Origin: Nitrosopumilaceae archaeon
GTDB taxonomy: Archaea > Thermoproteota > Nitrososphaeria > Nitrososphaerales > Nitrosopumilaceae
Length of the DNA stretch: 64,000 nucleotides
Direction: 5' to 3'
Assembly (NCBI GenBank): GCA_965208905.1
Contig: OZ242365.1
Coordinates: forward strand, 608,001 to 672,000
In this document: in pieces, positions 9,958 through 25,211 of the stretch
Layout: each line of letters begins with the position of its first letter
Numbering within the stretch: the stretch's first letter is position 1
Notes under the pieces: model-generated
Told to the model about the DNA's origin: nothing
What the model saw: only the letters and a program-made list of their open reading frames with translations
The model's database searches: none
Made by a program: the position numbers and the translations under genes

Positions 9958-10640
9958 TGTCTGAAAATAAAATCATGAATGTAGTTGCCAAGGATGCATT
10001 AAAGTATGTCCAAGACGGAATGGTGCTAGGGTTAGGTAGTGGTAGAGCCGCTGCAATACTGGTAAGAAATCTTGGAGAAAAAATATCAAAAGAGAATATA
10101 TGCATACAAGGAGTCCCTACATCACTACAGATTAAATTAATTGCAGAGGAGGTAGGAATAAAGATGATAGAGCCTGGTGAAATATCAAAGATAGATATAG
10201 TTTTTGATGGGGCAGATCAAATTGATGAATCTAAATATTATTTGGTAAAAGGAGGGGGCGGAGCTCTACTTCGGGAGAATATACTTGCAAATATGGCCGA
10301 ACAAGTTATAATTATGGCCGATGACACAAAGTTTGTAAAAGATATACATGGTCCCATACCAATAGAGATACACTCCGCTGCCAGAAATTTTGTAATAAAT
10401 CATATAAAAAAGAATAATGGTATACCACAGATTCGTAAACAAGAACGCGGCTATCCCATATTCACTGAAAACGGTAACATCATACTGGATTGTGACTTTG
10501 GGGTTATACAGGAGCCATTGGATTTATCTGCTGATCTTAGACAGGTGCCTGGTATACTAGAAGTAGGTATTTTTAATAAACCAGATATAATCTACAATGT
10601 AAGCAAAAATAAATTTTCAAAAATATTAATTAAAAAATAA
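9957..10640 (+). CDS. rpiA: Ribose-5-phosphate isomerase A
   Basis: LGLGSG, DGADQ, KGGGGALLRE motifs. Confidence 0.95.
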   Translation: MSENKIMNVVAKDALKYVQDGMVLGLGSGRAAAILVRNLGEKISKENICIQGVPTSLQIKLIAEEVGIKMIEPGEISKIDIVFDGADQIDESKYYLVKGGGGALLRENILANMAEQVIIMADDTKFVKDIHGPIPIEIHSAARNFVINHIKKNNGIPQIRKQERGYPIFTENGNIILDCDFGVIQEPLDLSADLRQVPGILEVGIFNKPDIIYNVSKNKFSKILIKK

Positions 10641-10659
10641 TTTTAAAGAAAAATAAATA

Positions 10660-12066
10660 CTAATCAAGGGATATTTGAGAATTAACACTGCGGGGCACAG
10701 ATTCACCATATCCAGGCTTTTCAATTACAGTAAAGTCTTCGGCAACAACATTACCGCGTACAATAGTCTTGACTGGCCATCCACGTAGCATCATTCCTTC
10801 ATATACAATATAATCAGAAAATCCACCAAAGAGATCTGATGTAACTTTTTGTTCATGTTTCATGTTTAGCATGGCAATATCAGCATCATGACCGCATTCT
10901 AGGGAACCTTTTTGTGGATACATTGAAAAAATTTTAGCTGGATTTTCGCTAGTAAGTTTCGTAAATTGGTGTAAAGAGATACGGTGACGATTCACCCCCT
11001 CACTAAGCAATATTGGAATGGAAATTCCAATGCCTGGAAATCCAGCCAGGGACTCCCATACATCAGCACCAACCTTAAGGGATAGTCTGTTGGCAACATG
11101 ATCTGTTCCCACAGTGTCAATCTCCTCATTATGCATGGCATTCCAAACAGCTTGATTGTCTGTAGTTGATCGTATAGGTGGCATCACCTTTGCTAAATAA
11201 TCATCACGGTTCTCGTATGAAAGTATCATGTAGTGGGGACAAGTTTCGACATATATCTTGGTCCCTAAATTACGTTCAACGCGTATCTGCTCAAGTGCAA
11301 TTTTTGATCCTATATGGACAAAATATATTGTACAATTGTATTGGCGCGCATATTCACAGATAGTTTTAATGGCTTTTGCCTCGTATTTTGGATCTCGACT
11401 CTTAGACCATGCACTTAAACTATCTTGTTGCTTCTCTTTGGCAGTTTTCATGCCAGATGCACATGACTCATAATCCTCAGCATGAACCAATACAGGGCAC
11501 TGTAATGATGCAGCAGTCTTGACTATCTTCTCAATTATATCGTTAGTCACATCGACTTTGGCTTCTTGTAATTTGAAGGTGTTTGGCGGTAAATCCATGT
11601 ATACATGTCCAACTTCACCAGCTAAATTCATGTAAATTTTAAAGGATGTGATTCCGTTTGCAACGCAATAACTCATTTCATGAACTTGTTGTTCAGTAAA
11701 TATGGAAGCATGTATTGTATAGTCAATATAGTGTGATGATGATGCGGCATCAAGTTGAGGTGGTAAATCTGTACTAAATTTACCTTGTAGTCGTAACATT
11801 CTCATCATTGTAGTTACTCCCCCAATGGCAGCTGCATGAGATTCGGTTACCGCAGCTTCTTCAATGGGAGAGTAGACTCCATAGTGGACATGAGGATCAA
11901 TTGGACCAGGTACAGAGACAAGACCAGCACCATTTATCTTACAATCACAAGAAGGAACATCGGTAGTAAACTTTACAACTTTGCCATCATCAATTATTAT
12001 GTTCTTGTCAATTATTCCATGTGGTAAAACAACGTGTGAATCCACCACAACCGTATCAAACGTCAT
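10660..12066 (-). CDS. Dihydroorotase/hydantoinase-family cyclic amidohydrolase
   Basis: PGPIDPHVH, VHAED, ETCPHY, GTDH, ENPAK motifs. Confidence 0.88.
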   Translation of the reverse strand: MTFDTVVVDSHVVLPHGIIDKNIIIDDGKVVKFTTDVPSCDCKINGAGLVSVPGPIDPHVHYGVYSPIEEAAVTESHAAAIGGVTTMMRMLRLQGKFSTDLPPQLDAASSSHYIDYTIHASIFTEQQVHEMSYCVANGITSFKIYMNLAGEVGHVYMDLPPNTFKLQEAKVDVTNDIIEKIVKTAASLQCPVLVHAEDYESCASGMKTAKEKQQDSLSAWSKSRDPKYEAKAIKTICEYARQYNCTIYFVHIGSKIALEQIRVERNLGTKIYVETCPHYMILSYENRDDYLAKVMPPIRSTTDNQAVWNAMHNEEIDTVGTDHVANRLSLKVGADVWESLAGFPGIGISIPILLSEGVNRHRISLHQFTKLTSENPAKIFSMYPQKGSLECGHDADIAMLNMKHEQKVTSDLFGGFSDYIVYEGMMLRGWPVKTIVRGNVVAEDFTVIEKPGYGESVPRSVNSQISLD

Positions 12067-12176
12067 GATATAATGTGAAACATCTACTACATGTATTGTT
12101 TTTGATTAAAAACTGTTTAAAAACAAATATTTCATAGTCAGATGGTTTAAATCAAATACTCGAAAGTGTACATCAC

Positions 12177-12248
12177 GGGCCGGTGGTTTAGGGGTATAAC
12201 GCCACGTTCGCAACGTGGATGTCGGGGGTTCAAATCCCCCCCGGTCCA
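12177..12248 (+). tRNA. tRNA-Ala(CGC)
   Basis: GGGCCGG/CCGGTCC-A; CCACG-TT-CGC-AA-CGTGG; TATA-like TTTAAA at 12146-12151. Confidence 0.93.
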
Positions 12249-12439
12249 TTATCAAGTGAGTTCCGCTGCATTAATGTGTGGTGCCAATGATCCACGGAGC
12301 CGGTACCCGCGCGTTCCCGCACCGAACTCCGCTGCCCAACTGCCCATCCTGGCGGCCTGGTCATGCTACAAGCCCGCGCAGGGGTCCGGGTTGGCACCAC
12401 GATCGGAATCGTTGCATGGTACGTGGGCCGCAACGTACC

Positions 12440-12920
12440 AGTCTCCGACCCGTGCCGCATCAGGCCGCCATACAGTCCGCTCTCCTGTTTTCTACCCATT
12501 GCAGCTGCGGCAATGTCGTTTCGGACATTACCGCGTTCTGTATCAGCGTGGTCATCCTGTCGGGGTCGGATATAAGCATCCCCGCCTTCTCGGTTTGCGT
12601 GATCTCGCCGAGTCATGTGGGGCAGAGGTAGTTGTAGTACATTCAAGTGACCATTATGCAGGCCTCTGTCAGGCGACCCGCCGACCATGAAACAATCCAC
12701 GCAGGGTAGAGTTAAGCCGCTCGTGCCAGTTGTGCGTCAGTCTCTTCACGTGTACCATTCTACCCGTTATCTCCTGGCCGCGCCTCAGCCTCGCGAGTGT
12801 GGCCAAGTCCCCGACTGCCCGCTCTCATCGGCGGACCACCGTTGAGACATTGCGGTACGAGGGTACATCACAGCCCGAGACATCAGTTCTGTACGCAGCA
12901 TCCACTTCGGATTGGCCATA
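12440..12920 (-). pseudogene. Degraded C-terminal part of a DDE (IS6-like) transposase
   Basis: Broken frames give THNWHERLNSTLRG and MYYNYLCPT*LGEITQTEKAGMLISDPDRMTTLIQNA; GC-rich. Confidence 0.55.
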
Positions 12921-13359
12921 GCAAAAAGATCATATACGACCTTAAATAGCCACTTTACAAACTTGAAATGGTGTGAATACCTTCTCATTTTAGCTGACTG
13001 AAGAAGCATTGCAACATCAGTATTTAACCAAGAAATCGCGAAACGGCACGGCAAACCCCGCAAAGGAGGGGCGATGCAGGCATGGTTGCCGATTACTCTG
13101 AGGGCGCAGACACCGCTGGGCTCAAGCCCATGTCACACCAGGCTGGCCACTACGCGTTCATGCAAAAGTACCATCTGCACTATATGTTTTGATTCTCGAC
13201 AAGAATCTTATGTTCAGGACTCTTCGCCAATGTATCAATTAGAGGTACCTTGAAAAGAAAACTCTTGACAATTGTATTTTAACTATAAGTCGTGTGAGTT
13301 TGGCTAAAAATAGAGGTTGCGCAAAATTGGTAGAAATGTGTATAATTAGTGACTAAAAT

Positions 13360-14604
13360 TGGGGCGGACCCTGCTAGAGTAGTACCGCAGGCGTTCGTAT
13401 ACCTTAAGGGCTGTGGAGGGGCAGAACAGGCATGACAAAGACCAAGTTCACTCCCGAGCAAAAGATCCAGATTGTATTGGAATCAATCAAGACCAACATC
13501 AGTATGGCAGAGCTATGCCGCAAACACAACGTGCACCCTCCGACGTTCCAGACATGGAGACGGTAATTCTTGGATGCAGGCAAGGCCAGGTTGGCACACC
13601 ACGGCAATGCGGATCCTACAGAAGCTTCTAAAAAAGAGATCGACAACCTTAAGCGGATTATAGGAGAACTGACAATCGCCAACGATGTTTTAAAAAAACC
13701 TTGGAGGAAAGCAGAGATTTAGCGCGGTCAAGTAGATGCAACAGCAGATGAGCCTAGCCAAGTCGCTAAAGTACGCAGGCGTATCAAAATGTGCTTGGTA
13801 CTACAAGCCTACGACACGCGAGGTCCGACTTGACCAAGGTATAGTAGATGCCGTGTCCAGTATAAGCGCCAAGAGGCCCACATATGGAACGCGCCGGATG
13901 GCGGCCCAGATATCTAGGGAGATGGGCGTTCCAGTAAATCGCAAGTAAATACAGAGAATATACCGAAAAAAACTGGCTACATCGACCCGCAAAAGGCGAA
14001 GAACGACATCATCCGTACGAAACGTAGGCTCTTCAAACTTGATACTCCGAACCAATTATGGAAGCTTGACATCACGTACATCTGGTGCGGCATGGATGGG
14101 TGGGGCTACAGCTTTAACGTGGTCGCTTGTTTCACCCGCAAGTGGATATCGTATGCTTTTGACACCAACACCACCCGACATGTGGCCATAGATTCAATCA
14201 CAAACACAGTCGCTGCGGAAAAGCCCGACTGCTCACGGCTGAGGATACGCACGGACAACGGCAATCAGTACGCAAGCCATGACTTCAGAAAGGTGGTACA
14301 GATTCTTGGCATCAGCAAGCACGAATTCATCTGGGAGAACACGCCAGAACAGAACGAGCACGTCGAGTCGTTCCACAAGACACTCAAAAAGGAGTACATA
14401 TAGTCCCGAGAGTTTGGATCCTATCAAGATGCCGAGATTGCACTTGCAGACACTTTTGCGGATTACAACAACCAACGAATACACTCTGCCATCGGATACA
14501 TGACACCAACCGAGTTTGCCATGCAATGGGAGCTGAGAAATAAATGAGGCTCACCATATGAAAAATTATGGCAAAAACGGTCCTATTTTCTGGGGTCCAC
14601 TCCA
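13360..14604 (+). mobile_element. IS3-family element, degraded (stops/frameshifts in orfA and orfB)
   Basis: Ends TGGGGCGGACCC / GGGGTCCACTCCA; 4-bp DR AAAT; homologous to the intact copy at 44228-45474. Confidence 0.9.
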
Positions 14605-14751
14605 AAATTAATCATATTTTGATTTACTAGTGTAGAATGTATTAGGCATTAATTAATAAGGATGCACGCAAAAAATAATTTCTATTTTTTTGTTAACGTA
14701 TAGAAATAGAAATTGCTTTATTGATCATATATAATTACCCACTACACATGA

Positions 14752-18711
<3,960 letters not shown>

Positions 18712-18858
18712 CTCAATTATGCTGTATAAAGGATCTAATTAAGCGATACAGTTACAAAGCATGTTGAATTACATAGTTAGAACAAAATATGCCACCCTTC
18801 AGATCTGGAAGTTTTACTGTTATAGTTTTGAGTAGTGTCAGAATCATTCACCCTCATG

Positions 18859-19354
18859 GGTTCCTCCCGCAAAGTCGGGTGATTACACCCCCGCCATGCG
18901 GGATAGCCTGTCAGCCCAGTTGCTCCAGCAACCCTGTATGAGTGGTGTGGGATCGAGGATTACGTCCACACCACGACGGACTTCGCCCAGACTGGCCGAA
19001 ACCTGACGACCATATCGGGATACGGCACTTGTTCGCCGTATATTCTCCACTGCATTGACGTCGCGATCTACGCCAACCGTATGGCAGCGGGTGCAGTCTT
19101 TTTTATGATAAGTTCCAGTTAGTGGGGTTCTACATACAGCGCATAGCTTGGATGTGTTGTGTGGACGCATATGTAATGCCTCCACTCCCAAAAACCGGGA
19201 CTTTTCATAAATTAAATCCGATGCCTTTCGCATCATGGCAGAATGTAACCTGCGACGCATACTGCGTCCAAACTTCCCATTCTTCTGCCAATTGTATGAT
19301 ATGTGGGTTAAATCCTCCAACATAACCAAGCACCCGGACTGTGCGGGAGGAACT
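18859..19354 (-). mobile_element. Non-autonomous TIR element carrying only a tnpB 3' part
   Basis: GGTTCCTCCCGCAAAGTCGGG (18859) and CCCGGACTGTGCGGGAGGAACT (ends 19354); 8-bp DR CCCTCATG at 18851-18858 and 19355-19362. Confidence 0.85.
18883..19330 (-). pseudogene. tnpB: tnpB/Cas12f-like 3' fragment
   Basis: VMLEDL (RuvC-II), NTSKLCAVC..CTRC, DRDVNAVENI (RuvC-III); N-terminus and RuvC-I missing. Confidence 0.85.
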
Positions 19355-19574
19355 CCCTCATGTAACACATATTTGATAGGGTATAGCCCATATAGCAACA
19401 CAGCAGTGCTTTCGCATATGCGGAACAGACAACATAATCTCGTTTAACAGTGTATACAAACTTGGATTTGTCTGCAAGATCCCAACAATATGGTTCATTT
19501 TTAGATGTGTTTACATCAACGCATAAAACCCGCCATACGGTATGTTTAAAGGATTCATTAAATTCAAAGACTTT

Positions 19575-19649
19575 GGGTTCATAGTCCAGCTCGGTTATGA
19601 CGTCGCCCTTACACGGCGAAGATCCGGGGTTCAAATCCCCGTGAACCCA
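19575..19649 (+). tRNA. tRNA-Val(TAC)
   Basis: GGGTTCA/TGAACCC-A; TCGCC-CT-TAC-AC-GGCGA; TTTAAA box ~25 bp upstream. Confidence 0.94.
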
Positions 19650-19658
19650 CTCTTATGA

Positions 19659-20034
19659 GGTTCTTCCCACAAAGTGTCTACACTTTATGAGATAATCTGC
19701 CGGCCCTCCAGATAGGAGTGAGATCGTATGACATTGCGACAGACTTTTACCAAACTAGCCGAAACCTTGCAGTCTGCGCAAAATCTTAGCCACTTTACCC
19801 TTCCTTGCATCTTTGATTGACTTTGTATGATCATGTTGTCAATACTGATCCATTTGATTCTTTACTGCGTCTCTGTTTTTCTGCTTTTTTGAGTTTGTTG
19901 TGTCTGCATCTGAGTTTGCTGAATAGTTTGTGACCGCCATTTTCAATCTTCTGTTCCCCACTATGCGCCTCCTCTTTCTTGTGTGTAACCTCCTTTTAGT
20001 ACAGAATTCATCATTAAACTTGTGAAGAGGAACC
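19659..20034 (-). mobile_element. Degenerate element with the same TIR family
   Basis: GGTTCTTCCCACAAAG at 19659 and CTTGTGAAGAGGAACC ending 20034; no clean TSD; basic, possibly tnpB-derived interior. Confidence 0.55.
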
Positions 20035-20078
20035 TCGCATCGTAAAACCATTATTATTTGAGATGTATCAGTATAGTT

Positions 20079-21056
20079 ATGTCTGCATTAGTTGCCAAAA
20101 AATATTTGACAGTCTCGGCATTTATGCTCTTCTCACTGATATTGTTAGGAGTAGTATTTGTGGTCACCTATGATACTGCAGTTAGTGCAAACTCTGAAGT
20201 TACATATCCCTCATGGCTTGTACTATCATATATAGCAGGACTATCCATGATTGCACTCCCGTGTACACTCCCGCTTGTCTTCATAGTAGTACCACTCAGT
20301 GTTGGTAAGGGAGCTCGTCAGGGTCTTGTAATAGCACTGCTATTTGGTGTAGGGCTAACTTGTACCATAACATTTTATGGATTAGGTATAGGGGTTTTGG
20401 GTGGAGCTACTGGCCTAGATGACATATCTACATACATGTTCTTAGTAGCAGGGATAGCTGCATTTGTCTTTGGTCTGTCACAGACCCATCTTATCAATTT
20501 ACATATACCATCGTACTCTGGTAGTCCCAAATTTATACAGAAGCGTGGTAACTATGCCAAAGCATTATTCATGGGATTATTGTTGGGAAATGCCGGTGTC
20601 GGGTGTCCCAACCCTCTCTTCTACTGGCTTTTGATATATGTGGCCAGTACAGGTAGTGCCGAGATAGGATCTAGTTTAGGTTTGGTACATGGTTTAGGCC
20701 GAGCAATACCACTAATACTTCTCTCAGTACTGGCCATCATAGGAATAAATGCCACCAAAACAATAACCACAAATCGACTAAAGATAGAGAGCGTCAGTGG
20801 TTGGATGCTTATAGTTATAGGATCATTTCTAATAATAAATGGCCTGCCTGGTGGCCACCAATGGTATGAAGACACCATAATACACATAATGTGGAATAAT
20901 TTAGTATCTGTAATGGGAATACCACCAGAGTTTCAAATGGAGAGACATACGCATGATTCACCTGTAATCATCCCCCCCAGCTTGATCCCCGGAATTCTTG
21001 CAATAATGATATTGAGTCCTGTTGGTTGGTACTACATGAAGAGGGCTAGATCTTGA
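20079..21056 (+). CDS. ccdA: CcdA/DsbD-type cytochrome c biogenesis / thiol-redox membrane protein
   Basis: Multi-TM; LPCTLP and GCPNP Cys motifs. Confidence 0.8.
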   Translation: MSALVAKKYLTVSAFMLFSLILLGVVFVVTYDTAVSANSEVTYPSWLVLSYIAGLSMIALPCTLPLVFIVVPLSVGKGARQGLVIALLFGVGLTCTITFYGLGIGVLGGATGLDDISTYMFLVAGIAAFVFGLSQTHLINLHIPSYSGSPKFIQKRGNYAKALFMGLLLGNAGVGCPNPLFYWLLIYVASTGSAEIGSSLGLVHGLGRAIPLILLSVLAIIGINATKTITTNRLKIESVSGWMLIVIGSFLIINGLPGGHQWYEDTIIHIMWNNLVSVMGIPPEFQMERHTHDSPVIIPPSLIPGILAIMILSPVGWYYMKRARS

Positions 21057-21670
21057 AGGATCCTGTATGTGGTATGGAGATAGGTTCTGGTGGCGATGTA
21101 TTAGTACATAAAGGTACAGAGTATAGATTCTGTTGCGCCACGTGTAGGTGGGCATTTGAACAAAATCCAGATCAATATACCAAACAAGATGATTGATGTA
21201 GATACCATCAATATTCATTTGAGTAGCATCCTGTCAGGCATCAAAGTGCCTTTTTAGTTAGATTTTGAATAATGCCGGTTACAAGTATTCTACAAGAATG
21301 TACAAAAAAGTCTTCAAGGGTCTATAACATATAGATCAGTAAATAAAAAGTAGTGAAACAATTATGAAGGCCGTATTGGGACACAAAGACTTGTAATTAT
21401 ATCCAGTTACACTACACACGACATTTACTAAGACGCTCAGCATAATCATACATGATATTGTAGCTACATGAACGTTCTATTTTATAGAAAGATTACAAGT
21501 TATTTCTGATTAATTCTGGTAATTTTTGTCTACAAGTATATCACTGATAACCAAGTGTGTTAATTCTAACTAATGTTGTACAGGGTTTGGAGTGTTTGAG
21601 GGTGTCCGATAGACTAGGAACCTAGTATTAGTGGATTAAGTATAAAAATCACCTCTTTTCATGTATAGTC

Positions 21671-22552
21671 ATGTCGTTAATGTATGATCCGCCGCTATAC
21701 AGACCACCATCTGAGGCACGCTCGCTGATATTTCAAGTTACATTGGGTTGTTCATTTAACGAATGTTCATTTTGTGATATGTATCGCTCTAAAGAGTATT
21801 CAGAGAGGCCCTGGGATCAAGTTAAGGCAGAGATAGACCTCATGGCCAGGCATATGCCGAACACCAAACGAATATTTTTAGCTGATGGTGATGCGCTTAA
21901 TCTTGACACAGATTATATTGTAAAGATAGTGACATATCTGAAAAACAAATTTTCTAAAATAGAGAGAATAGCGTGTTATGCCATGCCTATGAATATTCTA
22001 AAGAAAAAACCTGAAGAGTTATTGAGAATGCGTAAGGCCGGATTAAGTATGTTGTACTTAGGAATAGAGAGTGGTTCAGATATTGTGTTGCGAAAAGTTA
22101 CCAAGGGGGCTTTGGGTAGCACCATAATTAAGGCAGTCAATAAAGCTAAAACCGCGGAGTATACTATGTCATGTATGATAATATTAGGACTTGGCGGTAA
22201 AAAGTACTCAAAAGAACACATCAGCCAGACAGTCAAGGTTATTAATGCATGCTCGCCAAATTACGTGGGAGCACTAACACTATATCTGGAGAATGGTATC
22301 AAGGACGAATTTATCAACAAATATTCAGGAGAATTTGAGCGTCTAAATGATGATGAAGCTCTGCAGGAACTAAAAGAGTTGGTATCTGGCATAGAGACAA
22401 AAACCGATATTATATTCAGGGCCAACCATGGCTCCAATGCGTATACCGTTAAGGGTACGTTTCCCCATGACAAAAAAGAGATGCTAAAACAGATTGACTG
22501 GATGGGTAAGCATCCGGAGACAGTTAGACATCCTGGCCTGCGAGGTTTTTAG
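21671..22552 (+). CDS. Radical SAM protein
   Basis: YRPPSEA; CSFNECSFC CxxxCxxC; FLADGDAL; RANHGSN. Confidence 0.9.
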   Translation: MSLMYDPPLYRPPSEARSLIFQVTLGCSFNECSFCDMYRSKEYSERPWDQVKAEIDLMARHMPNTKRIFLADGDALNLDTDYIVKIVTYLKNKFSKIERIACYAMPMNILKKKPEELLRMRKAGLSMLYLGIESGSDIVLRKVTKGALGSTIIKAVNKAKTAEYTMSCMIILGLGGKKYSKEHISQTVKVINACSPNYVGALTLYLENGIKDEFINKYSGEFERLNDDEALQELKELVSGIETKTDIIFRANHGSNAYTVKGTFPHDKKEMLKQIDWMGKHPETVRHPGLRGF

Positions 22553-22821
22553 CTGCAAGAATTGATACTGCTGTAAATGCAGTTAACATGCATCTTTTTG
22601 TATATTCTTCTAAAAATCTCTGATAACCATCCGCCGTTTATCTCATACTGAATAGTTTTGATTATTTACTAAATGTTATAATTTATGTTACACATATAAA
22701 AATAAATAATTTTTATAATTATTAGGTGAATGTTAATTTTATTTTTCGTTGAGAATAAGATGGTTTAAAGATGCGGAGTCAGGATGTACATTTTTATAAT
22801 ACAGGTTCAACCAAAGAGCGT

Positions 22822-24909
22822 ATGGCCGAATCGGTCTTTCTAACACCAAAGTCCATAGCTGTAGTCGGCGCATCAGATAAGATCGGCAGTGTTGGAAGCA
22901 CAATTACTAAAAATATTATGTCAGGTTTCAAGGGAAGCATATTTCCAATCAGTCCGTCACGAACTACTGTATTTGACAAACCCGCATTCAAATCGGTACT
23001 TGATGTACCTGACCAAATAGATCTGGCCGTTATTATTGTAAAAAATGTGCTGGTTCCACATGTTTTAGAAGAATGTGGTAAAAAAGACATCAAAGGTGCC
23101 ATTGTAATTACAGCTGGTTTCAAGGAAGTTGACGAGGAGGGAGCTAAATTAGAGAGACGATTAAAGGAGATCTCTAGCCAATACGGGATGGAGTTGGTGG
23201 GTCCCAACTGTTTAGGAGTAATGAATTTAGATCCTAACACCATGATGAACTCTACATTTCTCAAGATAACACCAAAGACTGGCACGATTGCTTTGGTTTC
23301 ACAAAGCGGAGCCATCTGCGCAGCTCTGTGTGAGGACGCCAGTGCGCAGGGAATAGGATTCTCGGCAGTGGTAAGCCTAGGTAATAAAGCAGCTACCAGT
23401 GAGATCGAGGTACTCAAAACACTGGCAAACCATGACCAGACTCGTGTTATTGTGATGTATCTCGAGGACATTGGGGACGGGCAGGAGTTTCTAAAGACAT
23501 GTAAAAATGTCACAAAGGATTACAAAAAACCCATACTTGTACTAAAATCAGGTCGCAGCCCAGAAGGTGCCAAGGCGGCAATGTCTCATACTGGTGCCCT
23601 TATGGGTTCTGATGAACTGTACGATGCTCTACTCACACAGGCGGGAGTCATTCGGGTTGACACCATGGACGAGTTATTTGATTATGCTACGGCATTCTCT
23701 AAGCAGCCCCTACCCGAAGAGGGCCTCGCAATAGTGTCCAATGCCGGAGGGCCAGCAATAATATCCACAGATGCATGTTCAAAATTCAAGATAAGCATGG
23801 CAGATATTTCATCCATACGGGCACAGATTGATGATGTAATACCACCCTGGGGCAGTTCGCGCAATCCTGTAGATATAGTTGGAGATGCGGATTACAATCG
23901 TTTTCGAAATGTGTTAGAACGTGTTTTGAATCACAAAAATGTTGGATCCGTAATTGTAATGTGCACACCATCTGGTACCCTCAATTATGATGAGTTGGCA
24001 CGAGTTGTTGTAGATATGTCAAAAAAATACAAAAAAACCATTCTTGCAAGCCTAATGGGGTTAGATGAGGGTATTACCAATCGACAAATATTAGCGGAGG
24101 GGGGCGTGCCATATTACACATATGCCGAAGGAGCCGTTAGGGCCCTTAGAGCAATGCTGCGATTCTCTGAATGGACTCGAAAAGACCCTGGTAATGTAAC
24201 TAAGTTTGATGTGTCCAAAGATATAGCCAAAAAGATACTAGATGAGGCATCATCTGAAGGTCGTGCTAGTTTATTGGAAGAAGAGGGTCAACGAATATTA
24301 GATGCATATGGCCTGCCGCTGCCGCAGAGTGGATTGGCACAAACCCCAGAGGAGGCTGTCAAGTTGGCTGAAAAAATTGGATATCCTGTTGTAATGAAGA
24401 TAGCCTCGCCACAAATAATCCATAAATCCGATGCCGGGGGTGTACGAGTAAATTTAGTTGCTGAAAATAGTGTAAAGACTGCCTTTGTTGAGATAGTCAA
24501 TAATGCTAAAAAATATGATGCCAATGCCCAGATTAAGGGTTGCCTTGTGGTCGAGATGGTAAAAGGAGGTAAAGAGATCATAATAGGCTGTAAACAAGAG
24601 CCGGGTATGGGCCCTATGTTGATGCTAGGTATGGGAGGAATATACGTAGAGGTGTTAAAAGATGTTACATTTAGGTTAGCTCCAGTGACTATTCATGAAG
24701 CACGAGGAATGATAGACTCTATAAAAACTAAAAAATTACTGGAGGGTACTCGAGGGGAACAACCCTCAGACTTAGAGGCGCTCACCGAATGCATACAACG
24801 TGTCTCACAGTTGGTGACAGACAACCCGCAGATAAAAGAATTGGATATGAATCCGGTCTTAGTTATGGAGAGTGGTTGTAAAATATTAGATGTTCGGGTT
24901 GGATTGTAA
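22822..24909 (+). CDS. ADP-forming acyl-CoA ligase, likely the 4-hydroxybutyrate-CoA ligase of the thaumarchaeal 3HP/4HB cycle
   Basis: CoA-binding PKSIAVVGAS, GPNCLG, SHTG phospho-His, C-terminal ATP-grasp HKSDAGGV; alpha-beta fusion order. Confidence 0.85.
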   Translation: MAESVFLTPKSIAVVGASDKIGSVGSTITKNIMSGFKGSIFPISPSRTTVFDKPAFKSVLDVPDQIDLAVIIVKNVLVPHVLEECGKKDIKGAIVITAGFKEVDEEGAKLERRLKEISSQYGMELVGPNCLGVMNLDPNTMMNSTFLKITPKTGTIALVSQSGAICAALCEDASAQGIGFSAVVSLGNKAATSEIEVLKTLANHDQTRVIVMYLEDIGDGQEFLKTCKNVTKDYKKPILVLKSGRSPEGAKAAMSHTGALMGSDELYDALLTQAGVIRVDTMDELFDYATAFSKQPLPEEGLAIVSNAGGPAIISTDACSKFKISMADISSIRAQIDDVIPPWGSSRNPVDIVGDADYNRFRNVLERVLNHKNVGSVIVMCTPSGTLNYDELARVVVDMSKKYKKTILASLMGLDEGITNRQILAEGGVPYYTYAEGAVRALRAMLRFSEWTRKDPGNVTKFDVSKDIAKKILDEASSEGRASLLEEEGQRILDAYGLPLPQSGLAQTPEEAVKLAEKIGYPVVMKIASPQIIHKSDAGGVRVNLVAENSVKTAFVEIVNNAKKYDANAQIKGCLVVEMVKGGKEIIIGCKQEPGMGPMLMLGMGGIYVEVLKDVTFRLAPVTIHEARGMIDSIKTKKLLEGTRGEQPSDLEALTECIQRVSQLVTDNPQIKELDMNPVLVMESGCKILDVRVGL

Positions 24910-25211
24910 TAATTAAAAATAATTAAAAATTTGAAAAAATATTTCTAGAGGCGTGTGATGGTCATGCCATTGATTGAACAGTACATTTGAAAAATTATAG
25001 AGTTAACGTGCATTATTGTTATGTCTACGGAAATGACATATCCATAATTTTGTGACAGGCTTGACTACAGATGTTTTGTATCTAATAGATACATCATGTG
25101 GAATAAGTTGCGGTGTAATAAGATATGTTAGGTGGGGTCTTACGTATAAGAGTGTAATTTGTCTTGCGCAGATGCGGTCATGCTTTTATGTAATTGATAT
25201 AATCAATGATA

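Noticed and set aside
12166-12700. GC-rich ORFs overlapping tRNA-Ala
   Set aside because: No protein motifs; explained by the tRNA plus a decayed transposase
19440-19540. RVLCVDVN as RuvC-I, implying a tnpB interrupted by tRNA-Val
   Set aside because: It lies outside the TSD-defined element and in another frame; could be chance or an older relic
21084-21622. GGTTCTGG...CTAGGAACC as another TIR element
   Set aside because: Similarity limited to ~6 bp and no TSD
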